Below are positions 47,708 to 57,997 of a stretch of DNA of 64,000 bases, in pieces. Location: IMG/VR virus record IMGVR_UViG_2788500220_000013, positions 1-64,000 of that record; one strand, 5' to 3'. This stretch comes from a virus (taxonomy: Duplodnaviria > Caudoviricetes). The number at the start of each line of letters is the position of its first letter. The first letter of the stretch is position 1. Under the pieces are notes generated by a model. It did no database searches and was not told the origin of the DNA. It saw only the letters and a list, made by a program, of their open reading frames with translations. Both the position numbers and the translations under genes were made by a program.

Positions 47708-49570
47708 CTACTTTTTAATTCCCGCTAGAACTTGCCAGCGGTTATCTGCCTCAACACCACTTTTGGCCGGAGCTGCCGACCGGGTTGATCTGGAAGACGA
47801 ACCTGAAGTTCGAATACGACTCTCTTTTAACGTTGACGCTGAACGTCGTTGGAGTGAGGAAGTTAGGCTCTTATAAAGGAGCTTGGCTTCTCTAAGTGTC
47901 TTTGCCTCATCGAGAGCTTGGACAACTTGTCGCTGTTGTTTTGCCGTAATATTACGATTCTGCATAAGCTTATTTGCATAAAGCAACTTCGCATTAAACA
48001 GATTCATCTCAGAAAGCTGTGAACGCAGAGTCTTTACGGCCTTAGCGTATTCTGCTAGCTTCTTCTTAAGAGCTCGATTAGTCCGGCTCTCATTGGTCCT
48101 GTTTCTGCGCCGGCGCCGGGTCTCAGCAACAGCAGCAGCTGCGCTTCCGCTAGCGGCGGTCACACTCCCTAGCTCATCAGCTAAGGCATTTAAAAGCGTA
48201 TCTTCATCGACATCAACGAATGCTTCATCATCGACATCACCACCACCAAATGCATCGGCAGTCTGTGATGGATCATCTACACCAGATGTCTCTTCTCGAA
48301 TGTGGCGACGGCGAGTGCGGCTAGTTTCTTTAAGCTTCTTCATCCGGCGTAGTTCACTACGAAGCATAGCCTCATCAATCTCTACAACATCAGACTCATC
48401 AACTTCATCAACCTCGTCGACTTCATCGAATTCGTACATTCCCTCTCCGAGGTCAAAGTCATCGTCTCCACCCTCTTCTTCAGGGGCTTCCTCACCGACT
48501 TCGGCTTCTTCATCGCCACCCTCTTCTTCAGAAGGCTCTTCGATTTCGAGGTCTATATCTAAATCAGCAAGAACATCCTCTACTGTTTCTGCTTCATCCT
48601 CTTCAGGCGTTAGGGTCAGCACGGCATCCAACTCAGCAAGTTCTAACCGATCTGACTCAAAAAGCCTTGCAAATTTACTGTTACGGCTATTTGACATTAT
48701 TTTCATCTCCTTAATAATTGCAATTGCACGTTGACGGAGCCGACTTGAACTTGACTCTCCTTCACTAAATATTACGTGTCCTTTCAAACTTCCCACTTCT
48801 TTTAACAACTTTATGTAATAATTGCGCATAATCTCTCTCTGGGAGGAACTTAGTTTCCTTCCTTCGAATGCCTCAATTATACGTTTAAAGTTACTAACCT
48901 TATTTCCCAACTTATATATTTTTTTCTCAAGAACTACTCGTTGGGAAGTTTGCTCTCTTTTCCGCAACAAAAGCGCAAGCGCCTCAGCTATTGGTTCATC
49001 AAGCAACAAATCTTCTTCTCCGTCATCTTCTGCGCTTTCTTCATCAGAAGTAGCAAGGTCAATATTAACCTTGCTTGTGTCGACGTTAACACCACCGTCT
49101 GAAGAAACTTGTACATCAACATCAGCACCAACAGGAACTGTAAGTGATGGGCCGGTCTCATCAGCATCTAATTGCACCCCAGAATCATCAAGGCCGGACA
49201 TATCCGGGTCTAAAGCATCTGTGGAACTTAAATCATCTAAATTGATTGTCATCATCTCTGTATCGCCAGTACCATCAGTTGGCGAGTCAGTCCCTGCAGG
49301 ACCCTCAGGCGATGCCAAAGTCTCTGTGTCATCTGACAACCCTAAATCATCTAATTCTAGATCTTCAGATTCACCAGATTCTTCACTGCTGTCCTCCCCT
49401 AATAACTCACGCTCAATCATGCGCCGAATTTTTGGAGTAACTGCATCTATGATTCTATTTTTTGCATTACGTTCAGCCATCTCTTTTAACTGTTTGGCTT
49501 CGGCTATTGCTTCATGATATAGGCTAGCTGACATAAATTTCTCCCGTGTATCCATTAAATATATCGTCAC
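47708..49570 (-). CDS. Prohead core/scaffolding protein (true start probably ATG at 49534)
   Basis: Very acidic, coiled-coil C-terminus with LSEMNLFNAKLLY, ending RWQVLAGIKK. Immediately upstream of the capsid gene. GGGAG RBS precedes MSASLYHEA. Confidence 0.75.
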   Translation of the reverse strand: MTIYLMDTREKFMSASLYHEAIAEAKQLKEMAERNAKNRIIDAVTPKIRRMIERELLGEDSSEESGESEDLELDDLGLSDDTETLASPEGPAGTDSPTDGTGDTEMMTINLDDLSSTDALDPDMSGLDDSGVQLDADETGPSLTVPVGADVDVQVSSDGGVNVDTSKVNIDLATSDEESAEDDGEEDLLLDEPIAEALALLLRKREQTSQRVVLEKKIYKLGNKVSNFKRIIEAFEGRKLSSSQREIMRNYYIKLLKEVGSLKGHVIFSEGESSSSRLRQRAIAIIKEMKIMSNSRNSKFARLFESDRLELAELDAVLTLTPEEDEAETVEDVLADLDIDLEIEEPSEEEGGDEEAEVGEEAPEEEGGDDDFDLGEGMYEFDEVDEVDEVDESDVVEIDEAMLRSELRRMKKLKETSRTRRRHIREETSGVDDPSQTADAFGGGDVDDEAFVDVDEDTLLNALADELGSVTAASGSAAAAVAETRRRRRNRTNESRTNRALKKKLAEYAKAVKTLRSQLSEMNLFNAKLLYANKLMQNRNITAKQQRQVVQALDEAKTLREAKLLYKSLTSSLQRRSASTLKESRIRTSGSSSRSTRSAAPAKSGVEADNRWQVLAGIKK

Positions 49571-49605
49571 GTGTAAAAGTTACATATCAGACATCATAAC
49601 GATTA

Positions 49606-50208
49606 CTATAATTCCTTCTCGGTTTCTTGTTGATAAAAGATATTGGCTATTAATTTCCTGAGATCTTTAATCGTTAACTCATCATCTGATGTTAAATTTT
49701 CTAATTCGTATACTGGGTCATCTTCAACGACGTCAACATGCACAGGCTTAGACCACCCTATCTTGCTACCGGTTGGCCGGCCACTTGGATGATAGCCTGG
49801 TGGATGGAAATTGGCAGGGGATGCGCCCCCACCAGCGGAGGCAGTTCTTTTTTTATAAAGGTCAGGAATAGGACTTAACCCAGTTGATATCCCTTGTGCA
49901 CGTTCTTTCAATTTATTATTACCTGCCACAAAATAAAATGGATCTCCGCTTGCTGCATCTAAATAATCTACTGGATTGTAACCAATGTTAACCATCTTAA
50001 CAAACAAATCTATATCATCATCATCGATAGGTAAATCTATATCATCATCTAATTCTATATCATCATCAATATAAGGAAAAACGCCCTGCAGTTGGCGGGG
50101 CGTTTGAAATTTAGGCTCCAGGATTCCGTACCCTAGACCTTTGCGGTCATCATAGGATCCTATGCCTTGTTTATATCCTTGTAATTTTGCGTCTTGTCTT
50201 TTAGGCAT
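49606..50208 (-). CDS. Hypothetical head-module protein
   Basis: 200-aa ORF in the head gene block. Confidence 0.65.
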   Translation of the reverse strand: MPKRQDAKLQGYKQGIGSYDDRKGLGYGILEPKFQTPRQLQGVFPYIDDDIELDDDIDLPIDDDDIDLFVKMVNIGYNPVDYLDAASGDPFYFVAGNNKLKERAQGISTGLSPIPDLYKKRTASAGGGASPANFHPPGYHPSGRPTGSKIGWSKPVHVDVVEDDPVYELENLTSDDELTIKDLRKLIANIFYQQETEKEL

Positions 50209-50223
50209 ATTCTGGCCACCTTA

Positions 50224-50763
50224 TCAACCGGTAGGAGAAGAACCTAATATATAATCATTGACAGTAAACGTATCAATCTTTGCAGAAGAGCGGGCAGGTG
50301 ACAATACTGCACCTTCCCCAGAGCCCGGTGTTGATGCGGATGGCACAGCTTTCTCCATCCAGGCAGGAGGAGAAGACATTGCATCCCACGGGCTGCCGGC
50401 AGGGGCTGATGCTGCGACATTCGGGCCCCACGGACTACCAGGATCAGAATTTCCACCAGTTTTAAAAGCGGTGTTTACATCACCGTAATTAAAATTACTA
50501 GCATGTGCGGCAAACTCTCGACTATAATCAGCCATTCCCCAATGTGCTAATGCACCGGGGCCTTGAGGGGCCCCATCAATTACCAATTTCTGAAAATTGA
50601 CTAGAAGATCTTTTCGACCGTTATCACTGGTAATCCATTTGGGTGTATTAGGAAAACATGCCGTCAAAGATGCCTTATTTGATCTAGATATCCCGCTAAT
50701 TGGGCCAAGGCCGCCATCAGCACCTGGTCTGGTGTCTACCGTATTTTGACCTGCTGAAGGCAT
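50224..50763 (-). CDS. Hypothetical Gly/Pro/Ser-rich protein, paralog of 50778-51257
   Basis: Shares colinear motifs with the neighbouring gene. Confidence 0.7.
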   Translation of the reverse strand: MPSAGQNTVDTRPGADGGLGPISGISRSNKASLTACFPNTPKWITSDNGRKDLLVNFQKLVIDGAPQGPGALAHWGMADYSREFAAHASNFNYGDVNTAFKTGGNSDPGSPWGPNVAASAPAGSPWDAMSSPPAWMEKAVPSASTPGSGEGAVLSPARSSAKIDTFTVNDYILGSSPTG

Positions 50764-50777
50764 TCAAGAATCCTTTA

Positions 50778-51257
50778 TTAGCTTGGCTGGCTTTTTCCAA
50801 ACCCATAATCACCAAGCGTCTGGCCAGATTGAGCTTTCGAAGAGGTTTTTGGATTTAATTGTGATCCAACACCAGAGCCCCATGTATCGCTCGGCGTTTC
50901 TCCATAACCTTTAGGCGCCTCGCCTTGTTTTGTTGGGTCTAGGCCGTTTCCTTCTCCAGGACTTGTTGGATTAGGCATCCAAGCGCTAGCAGGAAGACCG
51001 CCGCCGCCGGTTTCTACATCGCCGAAATCTGGGGCATCAGCATAATCTCTGCTAAAAACGCCAAAAGTATGTCCTTGATCGTTGACCGTTCCATCCAAAA
51101 CATTTTTTTGATAATCATCTTCTACGCTTTCTTTTGTAAGCGACCCATCATGGATAGGGCTAGAAGAATATATATCTGACATACTTTGTGATGCAGACTT
51201 GCCTAATGACCGATCTGTTACAACTGCTTCAACAGTTACTTGCTTATGTGTAGGCAT
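50778..51257 (-). CDS. Hypothetical Gly/Pro/Ser-rich protein, paralog of 50224-50763
   Basis: AAGGAG RBS and motifs shared with the neighbouring gene. Confidence 0.7.
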   Translation of the reverse strand: MPTHKQVTVEAVVTDRSLGKSASQSMSDIYSSSPIHDGSLTKESVEDDYQKNVLDGTVNDQGHTFGVFSRDYADAPDFGDVETGGGGLPASAWMPNPTSPGEGNGLDPTKQGEAPKGYGETPSDTWGSGVGSQLNPKTSSKAQSGQTLGDYGFGKSQPS

Positions 51258-51280
51258 TTAATATCTCCTTAAATTTAAAT

Positions 51281-51568
51281 TTATAGTTTTCTTAAAACTT
51301 TTCTACGGAGCTTCTTTCTGGCCTCATTTACTTTTGCTGCTCTGCGTTGCAAACGCTTCATTTCAACTTTAAGCACCTTAAGGTGGTCTAAATCTTTTTC
51401 AAGAGCACCTGCTTGCTCATCAGCATCTAATTCTTGAGCATCAACCTTCTCAGGATCATCCTTACCTTGCTCCAGTGTTTCCAAGCGGATTCTGCGGGCC
51501 AGTTTTCTTTTTTCTTCTAGCACCAAACGCCGTAGCATTTTAGGGGTTAACTTTCGTACATTCGCCAT
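51281..51568 (-). CDS. Hypothetical coiled-coil protein, possible internal head protein
   Basis: N-terminal LTPKMLRRLVLEE helix. AGGAG RBS. Confidence 0.65.
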   Translation of the reverse strand: MANVRKLTPKMLRRLVLEEKRKLARRIRLETLEQGKDDPEKVDAQELDADEQAGALEKDLDHLKVLKVEMKRLQRRAAKVNEARKKLRRKVLRKL

Positions 51569-51640
51569 GATTTTAGTCTCCTATTAATTTAAACAAAACG
51601 AAACGATTCTATTATACATATTTCGTTGATGGGATTTATT

Positions 51641-52051
51641 CTAATTACCTTCTGTTTTTTTAGCATCAGAAAATGCTAGCGCTGCCCAATTTTGTGCAGC
51701 CTCTCCAAATGTATCATCTACACTCTCGACCGACGGTGTATCAATAATATCTGATTTTACATTTGAGCGTGGCTCATGAACCTGTTGTTCTTGCAGTGTT
51801 GTTGCAGCTGTATCAGCAAAAATTGATGCCATAGTACTATCACTAGTTAATGCATTAACCGTTCTATTGACAGCACTTTCAAATTGCTTCGTAGGACGAG
51901 ACTGAGTTCGAGTAGTTGGGCGAGCCCTTAGATCTCTTGATTCTTTAAGTGCTGATGTACTTTGGCTTTGACCGGTAAGGCCTTCTTCTAGTATTTCAAC
52001 AAGACATTCCTTAACAATCGACTTAAGTTGGCTTCTAGATAATTTTGCCAT
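51641..52051 (-). CDS. Hypothetical protein, possible internal head protein
   Basis: N-terminal LSRSQLKSIVKECLVEILEE helix. Confidence 0.65.
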   Translation of the reverse strand: MAKLSRSQLKSIVKECLVEILEEGLTGQSQSTSALKESRDLRARPTTRTQSRPTKQFESAVNRTVNALTSDSTMASIFADTAATTLQEQQVHEPRSNVKSDIIDTPSVESVDDTFGEAAQNWAALAFSDAKKTEGN

Positions 52052-52398
52052 TATGCAACACTTCCTAAATTATTCTGATCAATTGCAGGCAATGCCTTGG
52101 CAGGAATGCCTGTTACTTCTGCACAAACTGAAACTCCTCCGTCGTTGACAGTGACCTCTATTTGTTTACATTTTACTTCAAATCTGACCGGGGTTCCGTT
52201 GGGCAGTGTAAAGACACCGTCATTTAAATTACCAAAGGCGACTGAATTGTCATCCCCGGTGGAACAAACAACAACAGCACTAGTAACAAACTCTAGGTCA
52301 ACAGTGTAAGATGAGGTGTCAGACGTTATAAAAGGTACACCTGATGATTGAAATTCAGCGGTTGAACCTATTCCTGGCTTATGATAATTTAAAGGCAT
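52051..52398 (-). CDS. Hypothetical beta-rich virion protein
   Basis: 115-aa ORF translationally coupled to the prohead protease gene. Confidence 0.65.
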   Translation of the reverse strand: MPLNYHKPGIGSTAEFQSSGVPFITSDTSSYTVDLEFVTSAVVVCSTGDDNSVAFGNLNDGVFTLPNGTPVRFEVKCKQIEVTVNDGGVSVCAEVTGIPAKALPAIDQNNLGSVA

Positions 52399-53027
52399 TA
52401 TTTATTCTCCCAATTCATGATATCGTTGAAAATCCTATCAATGCGATCTGACTTTGTAAAGAATTTATCCAGGTCCCCGCGTGAAACTAAAATATCCTTA
52501 CCTTCCTGCATCATAAAAGCGCCAGGGGTTGAAGGTTCCGAAACAAAATCCCAGCAAATTAATTGAAAATCGTCTTGTACTACCTGGTAGTCACCCTCTG
52601 ACCGGGTGGAGCCTACACCTCTTGATGATATCCCTAATGTAACACCAGCCTCAACAAGATTTTGGAGAATCTTTCCACATGGGGTATCTAATAATTCGAC
52701 AGTCCCCTTACATACATCACCCTCCATCCAGGCCTCTCGTATAATATGGGAAACATTCTTTAGCTCTACAACTGATGAATCTGGATGGTCACATTCTCCC
52801 AAGGCACGATTTTCTTTAATAAACTTTTGATAATTTCTTACTTCTCTTTCCAAAATAGTCCGTGGGTATATTCTGCCATTCTGGTTTAGTGTATCAGACT
52901 TTTGAAGAATCCCCTTCATAACAATCTTACCATCATTATTATCTCGGGATTCCTTAATCATATCTGGTGTGTATTCCCAAGGAGTCCACCCTGTAAGCAG
53001 CTTTAATTTCGGCTCAGCCATTTTCAC
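52398..53027 (-). CDS. Prohead core protease (T4 gp21-like)
   Basis: NQNGRIYP, ALGECDHP, VSH, TPCG.I, LGISSRGVGS and DFVSEPSTPGA. Confidence 0.93.
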   Translation of the reverse strand: MKMAEPKLKLLTGWTPWEYTPDMIKESRDNNDGKIVMKGILQKSDTLNQNGRIYPRTILEREVRNYQKFIKENRALGECDHPDSSVVELKNVSHIIREAWMEGDVCKGTVELLDTPCGKILQNLVEAGVTLGISSRGVGSTRSEGDYQVVQDDFQLICWDFVSEPSTPGAFMMQEGKDILVSRGDLDKFFTKSDRIDRIFNDIMNWENK

Positions 53028-53868
53028 TCTCCAATAATTCTTTCTTTAGGCCTGACACTAACAAGAACTTTGCTATTACGTCATCGTCTATAGAAGTAAA
53101 CTTAAAGTCGTTCACATTTTCTCTTACAACATTGATTTTTTCATTTAAAACATCATTATCACAGGTCTCAGAAAAATAATCAATTTCGCTTAATGTCGAC
53201 TCCCTTAAGTATTCTAAATATTTCCTAAATTGCCCCGTATCTCCGCTAGATAAGCTAAAAACATACTCTTGAATTAATTTTGCCTGATCACTGTTTAGGG
53301 CCTGGCCATATTTCTTATTAAACTTTTCTGTCATAATCTTAACTGATAGTGAGTTAACATCTTCATCACGATGGTATGACACGTCTTCTTCCACACGCTC
53401 AGTCATTAGCCACTCACAGACAATATCTTCATACTTTGCTATCCTTACTAAATCCGAAGCCCTTTCGCGGCGCCAATCATTTAATAAGGTTTGAATGGTC
53501 GCATATGACCTATAATCACCAACATGTTGGTGGTAAAAATTTTGATCATCTATTCGATAATTAATCTCTTTTATTAATGCTGCCTTTTCGCGGCGTAGCT
53601 GATCTTTATCAAATCCAATAGCGGCTTTTTTGGCCTCACCTAAAATTCTTGTAGCTAAAGACTCAGACTTAACAGTCGTCTTAACTAGCGCATTAAATAA
53701 TCTAAATTCTCTATATAATTGTGAGCCAGGTTTAAAATGCTTTTTTAAGATCTCTGATGTAACCTTGGCCTTGAGTTCATCGCCCTCAACCAAAGACTCA
53801 GAAATACATCTAAGTAACTGCTCATATATTATTCCAACATTACGTTTTTTATTATGTGCTTTTGCCAT
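53014..53868 (-). CDS. Hypothetical helical protein between portal and protease
   Basis: 284-aa ORF starting HNKKRNVGIIYEQL and overlapping both neighbours. Confidence 0.7.
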   Translation of the reverse strand: MAKAHNKKRNVGIIYEQLLRCISESLVEGDELKAKVTSEILKKHFKPGSQLYREFRLFNALVKTTVKSESLATRILGEAKKAAIGFDKDQLRREKAALIKEINYRIDDQNFYHQHVGDYRSYATIQTLLNDWRRERASDLVRIAKYEDIVCEWLMTERVEEDVSYHRDEDVNSLSVKIMTEKFNKKYGQALNSDQAKLIQEYVFSLSSGDTGQFRKYLEYLRESTLSEIDYFSETCDNDVLNEKINVVRENVNDFKFTSIDDDVIAKFLLVSGLKKELLESENG

Positions 53869-55960
53869 TGTTCTTAGAATTTCCTTCTTCTAAATCAATT
53901 TCTAATTCGATGTCATCATCCACCATGCCTGTTTCAGCAAGGAGACCCTTCTTAGGAATACTTATTGCGCTACCAAGCTTACTTAACGTAGATTCAATCT
54001 CTTTAGTCATCTTAGCATGTTGAACTATCTTAGTATCCAAAAATTCATCCAATGCTGGATTGTATATCAAGTCTTCAGCATTTTCTCTAAATGGATTTCT
54101 CGTTACGGAACCCTTATCATACGGGTCATTCATTGAATCTTGAGTTCTTGCAGGTTTCCCTACAGAAGTCATCTTAACAAAATCTGGCATATGCGTTGAG
54201 CGGGGCCCCGAAGTAACCTTTCGTTTCTTTTTGATGGGTTGATTAAAGACATTCCTAATTTGCTTTTGAGCTTTAGCTGGTGAATCTTCATCATCTATCG
54301 ACAATCTAACTATGCTGTCTTCATCTTCATCGTCATCGTCGTCATCGTCATCAGAATTTAACGATGGTGTTAATGAAGTTAATAAGTCACCGGGGCTTAA
54401 ATCAGATGCAAATATGTCTCCGCCCTCTTCGCCACCCTCGTCGCCGGCGGCGTCGCCGCCTTCATCATCTCCAAAAAGACCACCGCCGGCATCACCGCCG
54501 GCATCACCGCCACCGGCATCAGGCATAGGGCCGGGGAGTTTAATAGCCTCTGATTCTGGTAATTGAGTTTGTTCAACCCTAAGATCATCAAGTTTATCAT
54601 CTAACTGGTCATCACGAATTTTTTGGATCTCTTCTGCTCGAAGGCCAATGACGTTTTTCCGAACCCATTCCCTTGATAAAACGCCTTCAGGCGCCTGGCC
54701 AGCTATTTCAAACTTTCTAGCAATTAGCTCTAACTTTTGCTGTTGGGCAACTGATGAAGGATTCGACAGCTTTAACTCAAAGTCAATTAGGTCTTCACCC
54801 TCATAACCATGTGAATATAAATGTATCATTGCCAATTTATTTAATTCAGCAAGTATTGTTTTCTGAATCCTTTGGATAGTCCTAGAAAATCGTATATCTT
54901 CCTGGGCCAACGTAGCCTTTGATCCAACATCTTCATCGTAGCCAAGATATGCACGGGGGATTTTTAATGCAGCAAAAAGCTTCTTCTGGATATATTCAAC
55001 ATCTTCAATTGCAGCAGTATTTGTTCCGCCGGCCAGCGTCTCAATTTTTGTACCGGATTCACCCCCGCGTACGGGAAGAAAATAATCCTCATCGACGCTA
55101 AGCGGATTATAACGTAGATCTACCTGTCCGGTCGTTTTATCAACAATCGCATTTCTTTTAAGCGATGACTGGGCTTGTTCAAGATAATTTGCAACATTTT
55201 CAGGCGGGACGTTACCAACATCAATATAAAATACTCGTCTTTCAGGCGCACGAATGACACGATATACAAGCATTGCATCCTCAATAAGGATTAACTGGCG
55301 CCAGATACGGCGCGCTGCTTCTAATACTGAGGATCCGTATGGTAAAAATGCATCATTTCCCAGCAGCCTAAAATGTGTAACCTGCCAGTTCTCTAATACC
55401 TGATTCCCTTGTGTAATCCACCTAAAACGAACAGCTGCCGGATCATTTGGGTCAAAGCCTTCCTCACGTTCAATCTCTGATATGGGTATTGGAAACGCAT
55501 TTAAAACACCAAACTCAGGTGAAACATCATTGAATAAGAAAAAATCACCGTATTTACATAAGTTCCTTACCCATAATACCAGATTAAAATCTATATTAAG
55601 AGTATCATAAAAAACGGTCTCAAGTAATTCCTGTATTTTTCTATTTTCTGAGTAAATGTGGAGCATGTGCCCCTTCTCATCTGTTGAGACAGTCTCCTCA
55701 GAGTATATATCTAATGCAGATGCTATCTCAGGAGTTGATTCCATCTCGCTAAAATCGCTATACCTGGACATTCTATCAAATGCACCGTATGCGCTTAGAG
55801 TGCTATTATAAACATCACTGTGAGCACGTTTAAACATCTCCATAGCAGATGATGCAGGCTTAGATGTAGAAACGTCGCGGACCCTTCTTTTAACAATCGG
55901 ACCAGATCGAAATAGTCTGGTTAATCTTTGAAACAAGTTTGGATTTTTCTTTGAAGCCAT
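53852..55960 (-). CDS. Portal protein (T4 gp20-like) with a long acidic C-terminal extension
   Basis: EDAMLVYRVIRAPERRVFYIDVGNVP, EDYFLPVRG, IETLAGG, LFAALKIP and EDIRF. Confidence 0.95.
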   Translation of the reverse strand: MASKKNPNLFQRLTRLFRSGPIVKRRVRDVSTSKPASSAMEMFKRAHSDVYNSTLSAYGAFDRMSRYSDFSEMESTPEIASALDIYSEETVSTDEKGHMLHIYSENRKIQELLETVFYDTLNIDFNLVLWVRNLCKYGDFFLFNDVSPEFGVLNAFPIPISEIEREEGFDPNDPAAVRFRWITQGNQVLENWQVTHFRLLGNDAFLPYGSSVLEAARRIWRQLILIEDAMLVYRVIRAPERRVFYIDVGNVPPENVANYLEQAQSSLKRNAIVDKTTGQVDLRYNPLSVDEDYFLPVRGGESGTKIETLAGGTNTAAIEDVEYIQKKLFAALKIPRAYLGYDEDVGSKATLAQEDIRFSRTIQRIQKTILAELNKLAMIHLYSHGYEGEDLIDFELKLSNPSSVAQQQKLELIARKFEIAGQAPEGVLSREWVRKNVIGLRAEEIQKIRDDQLDDKLDDLRVEQTQLPESEAIKLPGPMPDAGGGDAGGDAGGGLFGDDEGGDAAGDEGGEEGGDIFASDLSPGDLLTSLTPSLNSDDDDDDDDEDEDSIVRLSIDDEDSPAKAQKQIRNVFNQPIKKKRKVTSGPRSTHMPDFVKMTSVGKPARTQDSMNDPYDKGSVTRNPFRENAEDLIYNPALDEFLDTKIVQHAKMTKEIESTLSKLGSAISIPKKGLLAETGMVDDDIELEIDLEEGNSKNNGKST
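54481..54521. repeat. Short GC-rich tandem repeat (12-15 bp unit) encoding DAGG repeats in the portal tail
   Basis: caccgccggcat twice, then caccgccaccggcat. Confidence 0.6.
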
Positions 55961-56013
55961 GTCGTTCCCTATTCTCTTCTACCCAAATATACTAGTTTTT
56001 GTAAAAGAATAAA

Positions 56014-57603
56014 TTATTTCAATAACCATGACATATCACCTAATGGACCATCAGAGCCTGAAACTGGTGCACTTCCAATGCTAATTGGTTTAAATGGGTT
56101 TTGGTTCATGTTATTCCATGAACTAAATACCGATTTATCTGTAGAGTTACTATTTACAGCAAATGCCTGAAGCATTGCAGCGTTAATATCAACAGTGTGT
56201 TTATTGTATTCAGGTTTTGTATCATACAACCAAACACCTATAGCTAATGCTATTACTAAGTCATCATTTGCTCCTCTTTGAGCCTGAGCTTTGTTTCCTT
56301 TCCATATAAACGTCTTAAGTTCATCGTATAAACGAGAGGAATACGCATTAACTTGCCTATTTCTTAAAACCTCTTCAAGCTTTGTTAAGATCTGTACCCT
56401 TGACACACCTGATGTCGTGAAGCCGGCCTTGGAGATATTTCCTTCTCCATACATCGCAGCAAATTTATCTTTTTGATTTTTATAATAAAGATTTGGATAC
56501 CCAAGCTCCTGTAGTTTCATAATAACTGCATAACCATATGAATTATTTTCTGGACATATAACTGCCTTGTTATACCTCATCCCTGCTTCATTTAAAAGTG
56601 TAGCAAATTGATCAGGAGGTATTTTCCCTTTATATTCTGCAACTATCTCAGATTCGTTAGTATCTATAACATGAAATGTAGAATAATCAGCTGCATCTCC
56701 TCTAGAAACATCTGCTGAAATAATATATTTGTGTTCTGTCAATGCATATTTCCAGACCCATACCCCCATGTCGGGGCCCCATTTTTCTAACGGGTTTTTT
56801 ATACGGGTACGTATATATTCAATATCTTCAGCTGATAAAAATGTGTCTCCGGAGGCTGCAAAGTCACACAACAACTCTTGCGCAATTTGTTTATTTGTTA
56901 AATTTTTACATTCGTCCTCAAACCACTCATCGCTTCTTTCTGGGTGTACATCCCATGGTAGCTTCGTAGGATGAAACTCATTTTCCCCACTTGCTGCCTT
57001 CATATAGAGATCATAGTACTGACCACCTACGCCGTTAGGGGTCGACAAGACAATGGCACGGCCGCCCGTTGACAGGGTAGGATATAACCCCATCCATAAC
57101 TCATCAAAGTTTCTTACAAATGCGGCCTCATCGACGATTAGCAAAGACAATGCCTCTGATCTACCTGCATCATCAGATGTTGGTACTGCCTTTATTTGAG
57201 ATCCATTTGAAAACTCAATTGACTGCTTATTATTTGAAACTATCTCTGATAGCATCATCCATGGTGGTAGACTCTTAATACCTACCTTTACCTTTTTAAT
57301 AAAGTTCATTGCCACAGAAAGCTTTGTGGCAATTACTAATATGTTCTTATCTTTATAAAAAAGAGCTAACCATGTAGCATATGCAGCAGACAATGTAGAA
57401 ATACCCAGCTGCCTAGACTTCAAAATAACATTAAACCGGTTATCAACAAAGCTTTTAACACAATCATCTTGAAAATCATATGTATTAAAAGGAATTAGTC
57501 CTCTAGTGGGATGTTGAATCTTCATATATTTATTGAAAAAATATACGGGATCTTTTCCACACCGAACAATTTCTTTTACTTGTCTTTGTTTATTAACTGG
57601 CAC
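56014..57603 (-). CDS. terL: Terminase large subunit (T4 gp17-like)
   Basis: KSRQLGIST, Walker B LLIVDEAAF, LSTPNG, and nuclease motifs ISADVSRG..DYS, ENNS.G and NDDLVIA. Confidence 0.95.
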   Translation of the reverse strand: MPVNKQRQVKEIVRCGKDPVYFFNKYMKIQHPTRGLIPFNTYDFQDDCVKSFVDNRFNVILKSRQLGISTLSAAYATWLALFYKDKNILVIATKLSVAMNFIKKVKVGIKSLPPWMMLSEIVSNNKQSIEFSNGSQIKAVPTSDDAGRSEALSLLIVDEAAFVRNFDELWMGLYPTLSTGGRAIVLSTPNGVGGQYYDLYMKAASGENEFHPTKLPWDVHPERSDEWFEDECKNLTNKQIAQELLCDFAASGDTFLSAEDIEYIRTRIKNPLEKWGPDMGVWVWKYALTEHKYIISADVSRGDAADYSTFHVIDTNESEIVAEYKGKIPPDQFATLLNEAGMRYNKAVICPENNSYGYAVIMKLQELGYPNLYYKNQKDKFAAMYGEGNISKAGFTTSGVSRVQILTKLEEVLRNRQVNAYSSRLYDELKTFIWKGNKAQAQRGANDDLVIALAIGVWLYDTKPEYNKHTVDINAAMLQAFAVNSNSTDKSVFSSWNNMNQNPFKPISIGSAPVSGSDGPLGDMSWLLK

Positions 57604-57618
57604 CGTTTCATCTCTATT

Positions 57619-57996
57619 TTAGTTTTGTATTTCTAGCTCAATATCGCGCCGATAATACGCAACCTTACGAGGTGAATTTACTGTTGCAGATATTAGTTCA
57701 ACATTATCACGGTTTGAAAGCTCTGAAGTTTTTAATGTATTGCCAGTTCGGTCTTTAAACTGTGACTTAACATCGCCCACCGCATCATTCAATATTTGCA
57801 TTGATTCATCAATAAGCGCCTTGACTTGCTCTCTTAAAGCGATCTCAGACGCAAAATGAACAATTGTCTGAAATCTGAATGATACGATATCATCTTTAAG
57901 TTTGCATGTTACGCTGCGGCCATTTACTTCAGCAGATTTTCCCCACGTATGATTAACAATATCACCGAGTTGATTGATTTCTGTACTATTTAACAT
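57619..57996 (-). CDS. Hypothetical protein immediately upstream of terL
   Basis: 125-aa ORF with AGGAG RBS. Confidence 0.65.
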   Translation of the reverse strand: MLNSTEINQLGDIVNHTWGKSAEVNGRSVTCKLKDDIVSFRFQTIVHFASEIALREQVKALIDESMQILNDAVGDVKSQFKDRTGNTLKTSELSNRDNVELISATVNSPRKVAYYRRDIELEIQN

Positions 57997-57997
57997 A

